In this document: positions 1 to 9,713 of the stretch, piece after piece | Layout: every line of letters starts with the position of its first letter | Position numbering within the stretch: position 1 is the stretch's first letter | Assembly: GCA_947501605.1 (NCBI GenBank) | Contig: CANMWZ010000001.1 | Coordinates: 128,001-192,000 of the forward strand | Source of the DNA: Planctomycetota bacterium | Lineage (GTDB): Bacteria > Planctomycetota > UBA1135 > UBA2386 | Direction of reading: 5' to 3' | DNA: 64,000 nucleotides | Translations under genes and position numbers: made by a program | The notes under the pieces: model-generated | Told to the model about the DNA's origin: nothing | The model's database searches: none | The model's input: only the letters and a program-made list of their open reading frames with translations

Positions 1-1
1 G

Positions 2-130
2 GCCCTCCTTGCGGTGCAGCGCTTGCGCTGGGGCTTCCTGACTTACGGCGATGAGGACCAGAGGGTCAGTGCGAATCTCGCACTGCTCGATGCCGCGATT
101 GAGGGCGGGAAGGACCTGTTCCCACGCTGA
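2..130 (+). CDS. 3' end of a gene entering from the left edge (unknown product)
   Basis: Open frame ALLAVQRLRWGFLTYGDEDQRVSANLALLDAAIEGGKDLFPR ending TGA at 128-130; protein-like composition; not in the ORF track because it is truncated. Confidence 0.45.
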   Translation, partial: ALLAVQRLRWGFLTYGDEDQRVSANLALLDAAIEGGKDLFPR

Positions 131-431
131 ACGACAGGGCTCGCTCGCGGATCGTCTCGACACCCATTGGCGCCAGCCCCAGAGCCAACCTGCAACGGCA
201 TTGGCGCGAACCCATCCGGCAACCAAGGCCGCGCAAGCCGGCACTCCGCCCCTTCGCTGCGAGGTGTGAACGGACGTTGGCGGCCCAACTGCAGGTTGAT
301 GAAATTCCGCCGCCAGCCTGCGGCAGCTAGTGCCGCACCGATGCGGCAGCGGCTGCAAGAACGAGAAGTGGGCACTCGTAAGTCCTTGCTGGCAAACGCC
401 AGACGCGATCAGCCTCAACTCGCACCACGGT

Positions 432-447
432 TGGCACGGACCTTTCT
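432..447 (+). promoter_or_regulatory. possible sigma54 -24/-12 promoter
   Basis: TGGCACGGACCTTTCT versus consensus TGGCACG-N4-TTGC(A/T); mismatch at the conserved -13 G. Confidence 0.3.
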
Positions 448-458
448 AAGGAGGTCGC

Positions 459-1121
459 ATGGCCTGCCTCGACCCAATGCCGCTCGCTATGTCCCCGCGA
501 GCGCTTCGCACGTCCGACCCCGTCGCCGACGAGCAGGCCATCGAGTTGCTGCGCATCGGCCTCGCCGAGCAGGCGATGCAGAGCATCCAGGACCGCTACG
601 GGCTCCGACTGTTCCAGTTCGTCCGAGGCTTGGTCCGCGAGCCGCACCTCGCGCAGGACATCGTCCAGGAGGTGCTGGAGAGGGTGCTGCGGAAGCACCG
701 TCTCTACCAACCCGGCACGAACTTCCGCGCCTGGCTATTCGAGATCGCGCGCAACCAAGCTCTGTCGGCGCTGCGCGCGCAACGACGCTTGCCACGCCCG
801 ATCAGCAGCCTCTCTCGCGAGGACCATGACCACCACGGCAGCCTGCTCGACCTCGTCGAAGCTAGGCCTGCGGACCGAGCGCTCGAAGAAGCGGAACTGA
901 TGACCGCGTTCGCCACGGCCGTCGACGAACTCCCGGAGCGCTACCGCGCGGTGTTCAATCTGTGCGTCCGACAGGGTCGCCCCTATCAGGAAGCGGCGGA
1001 CCTGCTGCGGTTGCCGACTGGCACGGTGGCAATCCGCATCATGCGCGCCCGCAAGCGCCTGTTCGGCTCGCTCGAACACCACCTCGACCGGATGCGCCGT
1101 CCGCCTGCCTGCTTTCAGTGA
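459..1121 (+). CDS. ECF-family sigma-70 factor
   Basis: Region 2 (LAQDIVQEV, NFRAWLFEIARN) and region 4 (LPERYRAVFNL, YQEAADLLRLPTGTV..RIMRAR); AAGGAGG immediately before the ATG. Confidence 0.93.
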   Translation: MACLDPMPLAMSPRALRTSDPVADEQAIELLRIGLAEQAMQSIQDRYGLRLFQFVRGLVREPHLAQDIVQEVLERVLRKHRLYQPGTNFRAWLFEIARNQALSALRAQRRLPRPISSLSREDHDHHGSLLDLVEARPADRALEEAELMTAFATAVDELPERYRAVFNLCVRQGRPYQEAADLLRLPTGTVAIRIMRARKRLFGSLEHHLDRMRRPPACFQ

Positions 1122-1172
1122 CTGCAGGCGAACGCAACGTGCGGCACGGAGCGCGGTCCGACAGCGACCGGG

Positions 1173-3068
1173 TCAACGCGGCGCCAACAACGCCTCGGCG
1201 GCCACCACACCGAACGACGGCCAGTCGGCGCGCCGCGCCACGCCCTCAAGGCTGCGGCGGGCTGCCGCGGCACTCGGCTCCACCAAAAGTGATTCGATAC
1301 CTGCGCGCATGAGCTCGAAGTGAGCGACGCCAAAGTCGAGCGCTGCGGACCATTGCTGCCGATCGGCGACCAAGCCCTCATTCCAGGTCGCGCCGCTGTA
1401 GAGACGGCAGAGCCGCAGATAGTCGACGTTCTCGACCACCAAAGGGGCCTTCGGGATGGCCGCAAGGAAAGCCGCCGCCTCCCCCGCCCGATTCTGTTGC
1501 GCCAACGCACACCACAACCAGTGCGTCGCCGCGACGCGGGATTCGTCGTTCTGCGACACCAGCAGACAGTCGCGAAAGGCCGCCTCGGCAGCAGGGAAGT
1601 CGCGCAAGCAGAAGCAGGCGATCCCGAGGTGGTAGTGGATGTTGTACTGCAGTGTGCTGTGCGGCGGTCGGCCCGCGACTGGCTGGCCATCGGGCTCGAC
1701 CTCCAGATCCTTGCCGGCGACGGCGGCCGCCGCCCGCTGAAGGTCACTGCGCGCCGAGTCGAAATCGCGCAAGGTCAGGTGGCGGTGGCCGCGGTGGCGC
1801 AGCAGGTGCGGCTCGTCGGCAAACTGCAGTAGGCCGGCAGAGTAGTTCGCTACGGCATCGCGGAAGTAACCGAGGTAGCCAAGTCGACGGCCCACCCACA
1901 GGATGGCGGCGAGACTGTCCGGCGCCTGTTGCAATGCCGCCATGGCGGCGTCGAGATCGCTCTCGCGCTGCCGGCGCGCATCCTCGATCAACGACGGACG
2001 AAGCAACGGCCGACCGTCCAGGGCGAACGCTTCGGGCCACGCGACTTCGACGGAGCGCAGCGTGCGCTGCTCATCGGCGATCATCAAGAACGCCGCGACA
2101 TCGGGCTCGCCACAGGACGAGAGCACCGCGGCAGCGCGCTCGGGACCGACGACCATCAACGCAGTGCCAAGGCCGTCCGCGAGGGCGCACGACCGCGCCA
2201 GCACCGTGGCGCTGACGATGCCGTGCGTCGGATTCTCGGCCGTGCGCGGATCGAAGACATGCGTGACGACGCGACCGTCCTGGATGGCGAAGTTGCGGTA
2301 ATCGCCGCTGGTGCACAGGGCGCGATCTGCGACTGGCACAGAGACTCTCGACCCTTCCGCTCCGACCGTCGCGTGCTCCGGATCGACGACGCCGATGCGC
2401 CACGGTTTCTGATCCGGACGAACGCCACGGCAGAGCACTTCGCCGGTGATCTCGAGCATGAAGTTGCGGACGCCCAGACTGTCGAGTTCATCGCGCAGTC
2501 CGTCGGCAGCGAGACCTGCCACGAGCCCATCGAGGTCGATCGCCAGATCGACGCGCGTCTTGCGCAGCGATTCGCCGTCGATCTGCAGTGCGCCATGCCC
2601 AACGCGAGCGTGCGCCGCGGCCTGAGCTTCTCGTGTCGGCGCCATCCCTGACTGCTTCATTCCCCGATACAGCTCGCTCAGAGGATGCACCGTGGGATCG
2701 AACGCGCCGTCGGTGCACTTGGCGAGTTGCAGCGCGATCGCAACTCCCCGCCGCAACATCGCACTGGCGACAAACGGCTCGGTGCTCCGGTGCATGTTGA
2801 ACCGCGCGATCTCGCTGTCGGTTCGCCAGTTGCTGAACGTGACGTCGACCTGGTCGAGCAACCGCTCGACCGCGGCCTTGACCAACGCCGGGCTATCGCC
2901 GCCGTGCCACTTCAGCACGTAGGCAGAGCCCATGGTCGGGCCACGCAACTCGTGCAGCACCAAAGGCCCGGCGGCGACGTCGTCGCCACCGCACGCGGCC
3001 AATAGCAGCGCGCCCAGTCCAAGGCCACTGCGAGAGCGGCCGCCCGGTCGAAGCCCGGTGCGAATCAC
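1173..3068 (-). CDS. apbE: FAD:protein FMN transferase ApbE with C-terminal TPR domain; lipoprotein
   Basis: LLAAC lipobox; GPTMGS, GAFDPTV, DLDGLVAG, TSGDYRNF, HVFDPRT, ADGLGTALMV motifs; GTGA overlap with nqrF; C-terminal helical repeats. Confidence 0.92.
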   Translation of the reverse strand: MIRTGLRPGGRSRSGLGLGALLLAACGGDDVAAGPLVLHELRGPTMGSAYVLKWHGGDSPALVKAAVERLLDQVDVTFSNWRTDSEIARFNMHRSTEPFVASAMLRRGVAIALQLAKCTDGAFDPTVHPLSELYRGMKQSGMAPTREAQAAAHARVGHGALQIDGESLRKTRVDLAIDLDGLVAGLAADGLRDELDSLGVRNFMLEITGEVLCRGVRPDQKPWRIGVVDPEHATVGAEGSRVSVPVADRALCTSGDYRNFAIQDGRVVTHVFDPRTAENPTHGIVSATVLARSCALADGLGTALMVVGPERAAAVLSSCGEPDVAAFLMIADEQRTLRSVEVAWPEAFALDGRPLLRPSLIEDARRQRESDLDAAMAALQQAPDSLAAILWVGRRLGYLGYFRDAVANYSAGLLQFADEPHLLRHRGHRHLTLRDFDSARSDLQRAAAAVAGKDLEVEPDGQPVAGRPPHSTLQYNIHYHLGIACFCLRDFPAAEAAFRDCLLVSQNDESRVAATHWLWCALAQQNRAGEAAAFLAAIPKAPLVVENVDYLRLCRLYSGATWNEGLVADRQQWSAALDFGVAHFELMRAGIESLLVEPSAAAARRSLEGVARRADWPSFGVVAAEALLAPR

Positions 3069-4294
3069 CCGCCGAAGTCGTCGAACGCGATCATGTTCTT
3101 CTCGACGCCCAGGTCGTCGAGCATCTTGAACACGGCGCTGTTCATCATCGGTGGTCCGCAGAGATAGAACTCGATCTCGTCGGTGTTCTCGTGGTTCTTG
3201 AGGTAGTTCTCGAAGGCCACTTGGTGGATGAACCCCTTGAAGCCGGTCCAGTTGTCTTCCGGCTGCGGCTCGCTCAGAGCGACGTGGTAATTGAAGTTCG
3301 GGAAGCGCTTTTCGATCGCCTCGAACTCCTCGGTGTAGAACATCTCGCGCTTGCTGCGGGCGCCGTACCAGTAGCTGACCCTGCGGGTCGTCTTCTCGGT
3401 GTGGAAGAGATGGAAGATGTGGCTGCGCAACGGCGCCATGCCAGCTCCACCACCGATGTAGATCATCTCGCGCTGCGTGTCCTTGATGTGGAACTCGCCG
3501 TAAGGACCGGAGATGGTGATCTTGTCGCCCTTCTTCAGCGAGAAGACGTAGGACGAGCAGATACCTGGCGGCAGTTCCATCCGCTTGGGTGGCGGCGTGG
3601 CAATGCGGATGTTGAGCATCACCATGTTGCCTTCAGCCGGATGATTGGCCATCGAGTAGGCGCGGAACATCGGCTCCGGGTTGTTGGCGACGAGGTCCCA
3701 GAACTTGAACCGGTCCCAATCGCCGCGGAAACGCTCGGCGACGTCGAAGTCCTTGAACTTCAGCCCCTGATAGGCGGGCACGTCGATCTGGATGTAGCCG
3801 CCGGACTGGAAGCCGATCACCTCGCCCGCAGGCAGCGCGACCTTCAGTTCCTTGATGAAGGTGGCGACGTTGTCGTTGCTGGTGACCGTGCATTCCCACT
3901 TGCGAATGCCAAACACCTCGTCGGGCACACGGATCTTCATCGGTGCGCGCACCTTCACCTGGCACGCGAGGCGCCAGTGATCCTTGGCCGCGCTGCGAGT
4001 GATATGCGTGCGCTCGCTCGGCAGAATCTCGCCGCCGCCCTCGAAGATCTGGCACTTGCACATCGCACACGAGCCCTTGCCGCCGCAGGCCGACGGCAAG
4101 AACAACTTCTGCTGCGACAGCGCCATCAGCAGGTTGGTGCCGACCTCGACCTCGGGCGAGCGACTCGCATCGTCGTTGATCAGCAGCTTGACCTTGCCCT
4201 TACGGACGAGCTTCTTCTCGCAGAACATCAGCACGACCACCAGGAGCACGATGACTCCCGTGAGCGCCGCAACACCGATGAGAACGGTAGACAT
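3065..4294 (-). CDS. nqrF: Na(+)-NQR subunit F
   Basis: 2Fe-2S motif SACGGKGSCAMC...RLACQ; FAD motif RAYSMAN; GGGAGMAP; YLCGPP; C-terminal DDFGG. Confidence 0.98.
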   Translation of the reverse strand: MSTVLIGVAALTGVIVLLVVVLMFCEKKLVRKGKVKLLINDDASRSPEVEVGTNLLMALSQQKLFLPSACGGKGSCAMCKCQIFEGGGEILPSERTHITRSAAKDHWRLACQVKVRAPMKIRVPDEVFGIRKWECTVTSNDNVATFIKELKVALPAGEVIGFQSGGYIQIDVPAYQGLKFKDFDVAERFRGDWDRFKFWDLVANNPEPMFRAYSMANHPAEGNMVMLNIRIATPPPKRMELPPGICSSYVFSLKKGDKITISGPYGEFHIKDTQREMIYIGGGAGMAPLRSHIFHLFHTEKTTRRVSYWYGARSKREMFYTEEFEAIEKRFPNFNYHVALSEPQPEDNWTGFKGFIHQVAFENYLKNHENTDEIEFYLCGPPMMNSAVFKMLDDLGVEKNMIAFDDFGG

Positions 4295-4297
4295 GGC

Positions 4298-4942
4298 TCA
4301 GATACCGCTGAAGGTCATGAAGGCCATCGCCACGAGCCCCGTGGTGATGAACGTGATCCCCAGCCCCTTCAACGGTGCTGGGATGTTGGCCGTGCGCATG
4401 CGCCAGCGAATCGCGGCCATGCTGACAATCGCGAGCGCCCAGCCGGCGCCCGAACCGAAACCGTAGGTCACGGCCTGCGCGAAGTCGTACTTGCGCTCGA
4501 CCATGAACAGCGATCCGCCGAGGATCGCGCAGTTGACGGCGATCAACGGCAGGAAGATGCCGAGCGCGGCGTAGAGCTTGGGGCTGAACTTGTCGACCGC
4601 CATCTCGACGACCTGGGTCACGGCAGCAATGCTGGCGATGAAGGTCAGGAACTGGAGGTAGCCGAGGTCGCTGTCGGGGAACCCGGCCCAAGCCAGCGCC
4701 CCTTCGCTGAGCACGTAGGTCTGCAGCACCCAGTTCATCGGCACTGTCAGCACTTGCACGAAGATAACTGCGATCCCGAGCCCGATCGCCGAGTCGACTC
4801 GCTTGCTGACCGCGAGATAGCTGCACATCCCGAGGAAGAACGACAGCAGGATGTTCTCGACGAAGACCGAGCGCAGCAGCACGCTCGACAGGGACTCATC
4901 GCTAACGAGAGCATCCGCGCAGAAGGCAAGCATCGCGATCAT
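4298..4942 (-). CDS. nqrE: Na(+)-NQR subunit E
   Basis: FFLGMCSYLAVSK, LGIFLPLIAVNCAILGG, GLGITFITTGL..AFMTFSGI. Confidence 0.97.
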   Translation of the reverse strand: MIAMLAFCADALVSDESLSSVLLRSVFVENILLSFFLGMCSYLAVSKRVDSAIGLGIAVIFVQVLTVPMNWVLQTYVLSEGALAWAGFPDSDLGYLQFLTFIASIAAVTQVVEMAVDKFSPKLYAALGIFLPLIAVNCAILGGSLFMVERKYDFAQAVTYGFGSGAGWALAIVSMAAIRWRMRTANIPAPLKGLGITFITTGLVAMAFMTFSGI

Positions 4943-4945
4943 CGT

Positions 4946-5605
4946 TCACTTCTCCGAGTAGCCCGAGATGGAGCGCTGGACCCAGACGATGACACCGAGC
5001 AGCAAGAACGCGCCCGGGGCCAGCACCATGAGACCGTTATTGACGTAACCCGCCTCGTACATCGATTGCGGCACCACCTGCATGCCGAGCAGCTTGCCCG
5101 AACCAAAGATCTCGCGGACCGAGCCGACAAGGGCGAGGATCCACAGGTATCCGAGTCCATTGCCGATGCCGTCGAGGAACGAGCGCCAAGGCGGGTTGCC
5201 CATCGCGTAGGCCTCGAGGCGCCCCATCACGATGCAGTTGGTGATGATCAGCCCGACGAAGACCGACAGCTGCTTGCTGAGGTCGAACATGTAGGCGCGC
5301 AGGAACTGATCGAAGACGATCACCACGCCCGACACGATCACCAGCTGGACGATGATGCGGATCTTGTTGGGGATGAAGTTGCGGATGCAACTGATCATCA
5401 CGTTGCTGAGCGCAGTCACCAGCGTCACGCCGATGCCCATGACGAGTGCCTTGTCGAGGCGCGTGGTCACGGCCAGCGAACTGCAGATACCGAGGATCTG
5501 AAAGGCAATGGGATTGCTGTCCCAGAGCGGATCCTTGATGACCTTGAGCTCCTCCTTGCCGAACAAGGAGCGCTTCTTGACTGGCGCGATAGAGGTTGCC
5601 GTCAT
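4946..5605 (-). CDS. nqrD: Na(+)-NQR subunit D
   Basis: [46 protein letters not shown]. Confidence 0.97.
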   Translation of the reverse strand: MTATSIAPVKKRSLFGKEELKVIKDPLWDSNPIAFQILGICSSLAVTTRLDKALVMGIGVTLVTALSNVMISCIRNFIPNKIRIIVQLVIVSGVVIVFDQFLRAYMFDLSKQLSVFVGLIITNCIVMGRLEAYAMGNPPWRSFLDGIGNGLGYLWILALVGSVREIFGSGKLLGMQVVPQSMYEAGYVNNGLMVLAPGAFLLLGVIVWVQRSISGYSEK

Positions 5606-5626
5606 GGTTGTTTCCGTTGGGGATGC

Positions 5627-6382
5627 CTACTTGCGCAGCGAGGCGAGGTAGCTCTCGAACGCCGAAAGATCTGCCTTCACGAAGTTGGTGATGCCATTGC
5701 TGGTGATGGTCGCACCTGAGAGGCCGTCGACCTTGTGAGCCTTGTCGGCAGCAATGACGGGGTCGACCTTGCCCTTCTTGACAACGATGCCGACCAGCTT
5801 CTTCTGCTCGTCAAGGATCGACTTGCCCTTCCACTGCGCGCACCAAACGGGGTTCTCACACTCGCCGCCGAGACCTGGGGTCTCGCCGTGCTTGTAAAAC
5901 GTCACGCCGCGAACGTGCTCTAGGTCGCCTTCGAGGGCAAGGTAGCCGTAGATCGTGCTCCAGAGGCCCTTGCCCGAGATGGGCAGCACAACGGACTCGA
6001 GCTTGCCGGTCGCATCCGTGGTCAAGGCGGCGACGCGGTAGCGCGAGGCCGCCGACTTGTCGCCCTTCTCGGCAGCGGCAGCTTCCTTGTTGAGCTGCGT
6101 CGCTTCCTTCTGGGTCTTGCCCTGCAAGACCTCGCCGCTCTTGGTGTTGACGACGACTTCCTTGACGCGCTCGACGTAGAGCTTCTTCAGCTCCTCGATC
6201 GGACGCGTGTCGCCGTCGACCACCAAACCAGCCGCCATCATCACGTTCTTCTGGCGGTCGAACTCGGCAGCCTCGTCTTGGGTTGGCTTCAAGGCGTTGT
6301 TCGTCATCGCCAGCGCCGCACTGATGATTACGCACACACCGATGGCGAACCCCATCACGTAGCCATTGCTGCTGGTGTTCAT
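5627..6382 (-). CDS. nqrC: Na(+)-NQR subunit C
   Basis: GKGLWSTIYGY, HGETPGLGG, FMN site VDGLSGATITS; start reassigned to ATG 6382 (ATGA overlap with nqrB stop). Confidence 0.96.
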   Translation of the reverse strand: MNTSSNGYVMGFAIGVCVIISAALAMTNNALKPTQDEAAEFDRQKNVMMAAGLVVDGDTRPIEELKKLYVERVKEVVVNTKSGEVLQGKTQKEATQLNKEAAAAEKGDKSAASRYRVAALTTDATGKLESVVLPISGKGLWSTIYGYLALEGDLEHVRGVTFYKHGETPGLGGECENPVWCAQWKGKSILDEQKKLVGIVVKKGKVDPVIAADKAHKVDGLSGATITSNGITNFVKADLSAFESYLASLRK

Positions 6383-7647
6383 GAGCGTGAAACCCTTCGC
6401 TTGATGTTCGCCGCCACGACGAAGTGGTCGATGGTGGGCGCAAATGCATTCATCAACAGGATCGCGAGCATCGTGCCTTCGGGATACGCCGGATTGATCG
6501 TGCGCACGAGGACGGTCACAAACCCGCACATCGCGCCGTAGATCCACTTGCCGGTGCGCGTCTCCGGCGACGACACTGGATCCGTCGCCATGTAGACGAT
6601 GCCGAACAAGAAGCCGCCGCAGAGCAGGTGCTCCCATGGCGCCAGCGAGATCGGGCCCGTCGTTGCGCCGCTCAGACTCTTCATCAGGAACGCGCTAGCC
6701 AGCAGGCCGATCACGCCGCCGACCATCACGCGCCAGCTACCGACGCCGGTGAGGATCAGCCACGCGGCGCCGAGCAGCACCGCCAGTTTGCTCATCTCGC
6801 CGGCGCTGCCGGGGATGTTGCCGAAGAACAGATCGCTGTGGCTGTAGACCGCGGTCAGGGCCTCGCTGGCGCCTGTGGTCGCGGACTTCACGACCGCGAG
6901 CGCGGTCGGGGCCGAGTAGCCGTCGATCAAGCTGCCGGGGACACCCACCGGCGATTGGTTGCCGGCGACCCAGACCATGTCGCCCGACATCTGCGCCGCG
7001 AAGGCGAAGAACAGGAACGCGCGCACCAGCATCGCCGGGTTGAAGATGTTCATGCCCGTGCCGCCGAAGACCTCTTTGCCGAGGACCACGGCTAGCGCCA
7101 CGCCGATCGCGAGTTGCCACAGCGGGATCGAGGCCGGCACGATCAGCGCGATCAACATGCCCGACACCAGATACCCCTCGCTGACCTCTTCCTTGCGGAT
7201 CACCGAGAACAGCATCTCGATACCGAGGCCGACACCGTAGCTGACGATCAGGATCGGCAGCATGCGCTGCAGACCGAAGATCACGTTGTCGAAGGCGCCG
7301 GGCGCCGCGAGGTCAGGCGGGCGGAACGACTGCAGCCAGCCCAGGACGTAGCCGTCCTGCGTGACCTTGCCAGCCTTCACCAAACCGTCGATCGCGTGGA
7401 AGTGCTGAGCGCCGGCGTTCCAAATCGCCCACAGCAGACACGGCAGCATCGCCAGGATGACCGTGTTCATGACGCGCTTCAGGTCGACGTAGTCGCGGAC
7501 GTGCACCCCGTCCTTGCCGGCGCGGAACTCGGGCGCGAACAGGAAGGTCTCGAACGCGTCGAACAGCGGCCACAGCTTGTGCAGTTTGCTGCCCGGTTCG
7601 TGGTACAGCTTCTTCTGCTTCTCGATCAGGTTGCGCAGGAACTGCAC
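6379..7647 (-). CDS. nqrB: Na(+)-NQR subunit B
   Basis: HVRDYVDLKR.M, KEVFGGTGMNIFNPA, SGDMVW, MATDPVS, NPAYPEG.MLAIL..N.FAP. Confidence 0.97.
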   Translation of the reverse strand: MQFLRNLIEKQKKLYHEPGSKLHKLWPLFDAFETFLFAPEFRAGKDGVHVRDYVDLKRVMNTVILAMLPCLLWAIWNAGAQHFHAIDGLVKAGKVTQDGYVLGWLQSFRPPDLAAPGAFDNVIFGLQRMLPILIVSYGVGLGIEMLFSVIRKEEVSEGYLVSGMLIALIVPASIPLWQLAIGVALAVVLGKEVFGGTGMNIFNPAMLVRAFLFFAFAAQMSGDMVWVAGNQSPVGVPGSLIDGYSAPTALAVVKSATTGASEALTAVYSHSDLFFGNIPGSAGEMSKLAVLLGAAWLILTGVGSWRVMVGGVIGLLASAFLMKSLSGATTGPISLAPWEHLLCGGFLFGIVYMATDPVSSPETRTGKWIYGAMCGFVTVLVRTINPAYPEGTMLAILLMNAFAPTIDHFVVAANIKRRVSRS

Positions 7648-7650
7648 GGC

Positions 7651-8997
7651 TCAGCCCTCCCTCTCGTACATGTCCAGACCCTGGCGCACGATGGCGCCGA
7701 CGTCGGTCTTGCAGGGATCGACGAACGTGCACAGCGCCACGTCCTCCTCGGTGACCTCGAGCAAGCCGAGCTTCACGGCCTCCTCGATGTCGTTCGCTTG
7801 AATCGCCCGGACCAGATAGCTCGCGTGAATGTCGAGCGGCATCACGCCTTCCCAGGCGCCGATGTTGACGATCGGCCGATGCCCGCCGTTGGTGCGCGCA
7901 TCGACGACGTAGTCTTTCTTCGGAAAGAGCCAACTGAACACCGACCGATGCCAACTCAACTTGCCGAACTGCGGCAACGCCCAACCGAACAAGTCGCGTT
8001 GGCCGGTGCCCTCGGGGATGACGGACACCGTCGCAGTGCGGAAGCCGAGCGTGCCGTCGCCGCCGACCACGGTGCCGTTGAGCACCGTGCCGTTGATGAT
8101 GCGCACATCGCCCTGTGGGGCGGCACCGCCGCAGACAGTGGCGATCGACGAGCCTTGGCGCACGCGGAAGTACTTGCGCACCGGCGCGTGGCTGCCGCCG
8201 ACGGCGACGACGCGCTTGCACGGGTAGCGTCCGGTGCGAGCCCACTCGCCGATCAGCGCCAGTTCTTGCGCCCGCAAGGTCAGCGCCTTCTCACCCGGCT
8301 TGAGCGGACGGAGGTTGGCGATGTGGGTGCCGACCAGACCCGCGGGGTGCGGCCCCGCAAAGTCGTGGCACTCCACACCCTTCAGCTCGCGCAGCTCGCT
8401 CTGATGCTCACCGCCAGCGCGAAGCGCGAGGTAGACCTTGCCCTTGGTGAGGCGCTTCATCACCTCGACACCGGCCTGAAGGTTGTCTTTCTGGCCACGC
8501 GTGGCAAACGCTGGGTCCGCCGCCAGCGGCTCCGTATCCATGCCATTCACGAACACGGCGACCGGCTCGATGTCGAACGCGGGCATCTTGCCGAGCGGTC
8601 GCTGCACGAGCAGCGGCCACAGGCCGGCACCCTGCAGCGCCTCGACCATCTGCTCGCGCGTGCCCTGCATCGGCGCCTTTGGCACGGCGAAGAACTCCTC
8701 CTTCGACTCCAGGCGGATCACGACGCGGAGCAGAAACCGGCGAGCGCCGAGCTCCACCTTCTCGACCGTGCCGGTCGCTGGCGAGCACCACGTGGTCTTG
8801 CGGTCGCGCTTGTCGAGGAACAGCGGTTGGCCGGTGGTGACGCGGGCGCCTTCCTTGACGAGGGCCTTGGGCTTGATGCCCGCAAACTCGGCGGTCTCGA
8901 CGACGACGCGCGTCGGCTCGCTTGCATCGACCAGCGCAAGCTCGGGCCGGCCGCTCAAGCGGACGTCGAAGCCGCGACGGATGGTGAAAGTGGTCAT
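7651..8997 (-). CDS. nqrA: Na(+)-NQR subunit A
   Basis: IRRGFDVRLSG, GQPLF.DK, MDTEPLAADP, GPHPAGLVGTHI, LGLLEVTEEDVALCTFVDPCK; start taken at ATG 8997. Confidence 0.96.
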   Translation of the reverse strand: MTTFTIRRGFDVRLSGRPELALVDASEPTRVVVETAEFAGIKPKALVKEGARVTTGQPLFLDKRDRKTTWCSPATGTVEKVELGARRFLLRVVIRLESKEEFFAVPKAPMQGTREQMVEALQGAGLWPLLVQRPLGKMPAFDIEPVAVFVNGMDTEPLAADPAFATRGQKDNLQAGVEVMKRLTKGKVYLALRAGGEHQSELRELKGVECHDFAGPHPAGLVGTHIANLRPLKPGEKALTLRAQELALIGEWARTGRYPCKRVVAVGGSHAPVRKYFRVRQGSSIATVCGGAAPQGDVRIINGTVLNGTVVGGDGTLGFRTATVSVIPEGTGQRDLFGWALPQFGKLSWHRSVFSWLFPKKDYVVDARTNGGHRPIVNIGAWEGVMPLDIHASYLVRAIQANDIEEAVKLGLLEVTEEDVALCTFVDPCKTDVGAIVRQGLDMYEREG

Positions 8998-9034
8998 CTG
9001 GGGTCTGTTGAGGGAGACGCGGGCGAGCGCGCGA

Positions 9035-9220
9035 TCAGGAGCACGAACGACCGTGATCCGCAGTCGGAGCATCCGAGGCGGTCTTGCCGCAGCGTGAGCA
9101 ACTGCCGTCCTTGCTCATGCCGCCGCACGAACCCGAGAGCTTCCGCCCGGACAAGGCCAACAGCACGATCGCCAGCACTGGGACGGAGAACACGAGAATG
9201 GGCAAGAGGATGTTCGACAC
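9035..9220 (-). CDS. nqrM: Na(+)-NQR maturation protein NqrM (DUF539)-like
   Basis: N-terminal TM helix then GRKLSGSCGG..CSRCG..C, matching the Cys-rich NqrM pattern; adjacent to nqrA. Confidence 0.75.
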   Translation of the reverse strand: MSNILLPILVFSVPVLAIVLLALSGRKLSGSCGGMSKDGSCSRCGKTASDAPTADHGRSCS

Positions 9221-9342
9221 GGGGGCGCGCTTGGATTTTTGGTGCGAGCAGGCTAGCGGTCAGCGGCGGTGATGCGAGCGGAAAGACGGTCCGCCGCGAG
9301 GCCCGTCCGAACACTGCCGTCAAGGAGTCTTGAGGTCCGGCA

Positions 9343-9618
9343 CTAGCGACTGCGGAGACGAATGGCGACAAGGTCCGCCCACGCCGCCAGCGTGTTGCAG
9401 TTGCGCAGGCTGACATCGGCATCGGAGATGGCGACGCCGAACTGCCGCTCGACGAAATCAATGACCTCGAGGACGCCAGCGGAGTCGACGATGCCCGAGG
9501 TCACGAGCGGCGTGTCGTCGAGTAAGCCGTCCTCTTGGCCGTCGCGGAACCACTGCGCCACGAACGTGCGAAGATCGGCGAGGAGCTTCGCGCGTGGGGG
9601 TTCTGGCAGAGACGGCAT
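9343..9618 (-). CDS. acyl carrier protein (phosphopantetheine-binding)
   Basis: DDTPL..SGIVDSAGVLEVIDFVE..FGVAISD pattern with the DS attachment serine. Confidence 0.85.
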   Translation of the reverse strand: MPSLPEPPRAKLLADLRTFVAQWFRDGQEDGLLDDTPLVTSGIVDSAGVLEVIDFVERQFGVAISDADVSLRNCNTLAAWADLVAIRLRSR

Positions 9619-9713
9619 CGGCAGGGATCATGCCAAAGTCACCGCCGCGGGTGAATCGCTGCGTCGACCTCCTCGACCTCGCCCTGGTCAACGAAGCGTC
9701 TTCCCGCTGCACT

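Noticed and set aside
459..1121. Kinase-activated ECF sigma linked to the Ser/Thr kinase
   Set aside because: No Ser/Thr in the region 2.2 DAED-equivalent (HLAQD), and the kinase is 17 kb away
9035..9050. Selenocysteine readthrough at the nqrM-like C-S-UGA end (and at other UGA stops, e.g. 1121 and 16032)
   Set aside because: The frame after the nqrM-like stop is not protein-like and I saw no convincing bacterial SECIS hairpin at these stops; UGA is simply the dominant stop in GC-rich DNA
3191..9333. Long plus-strand ORFs (842 aa, 739 aa) opposite the nqr operon, and similar ones at 14384..17137, 38646..40562, 43127..44695 and 49132..51048
   Set aside because: Antisense shadows of well-supported genes, expected from GC-rich codon bias
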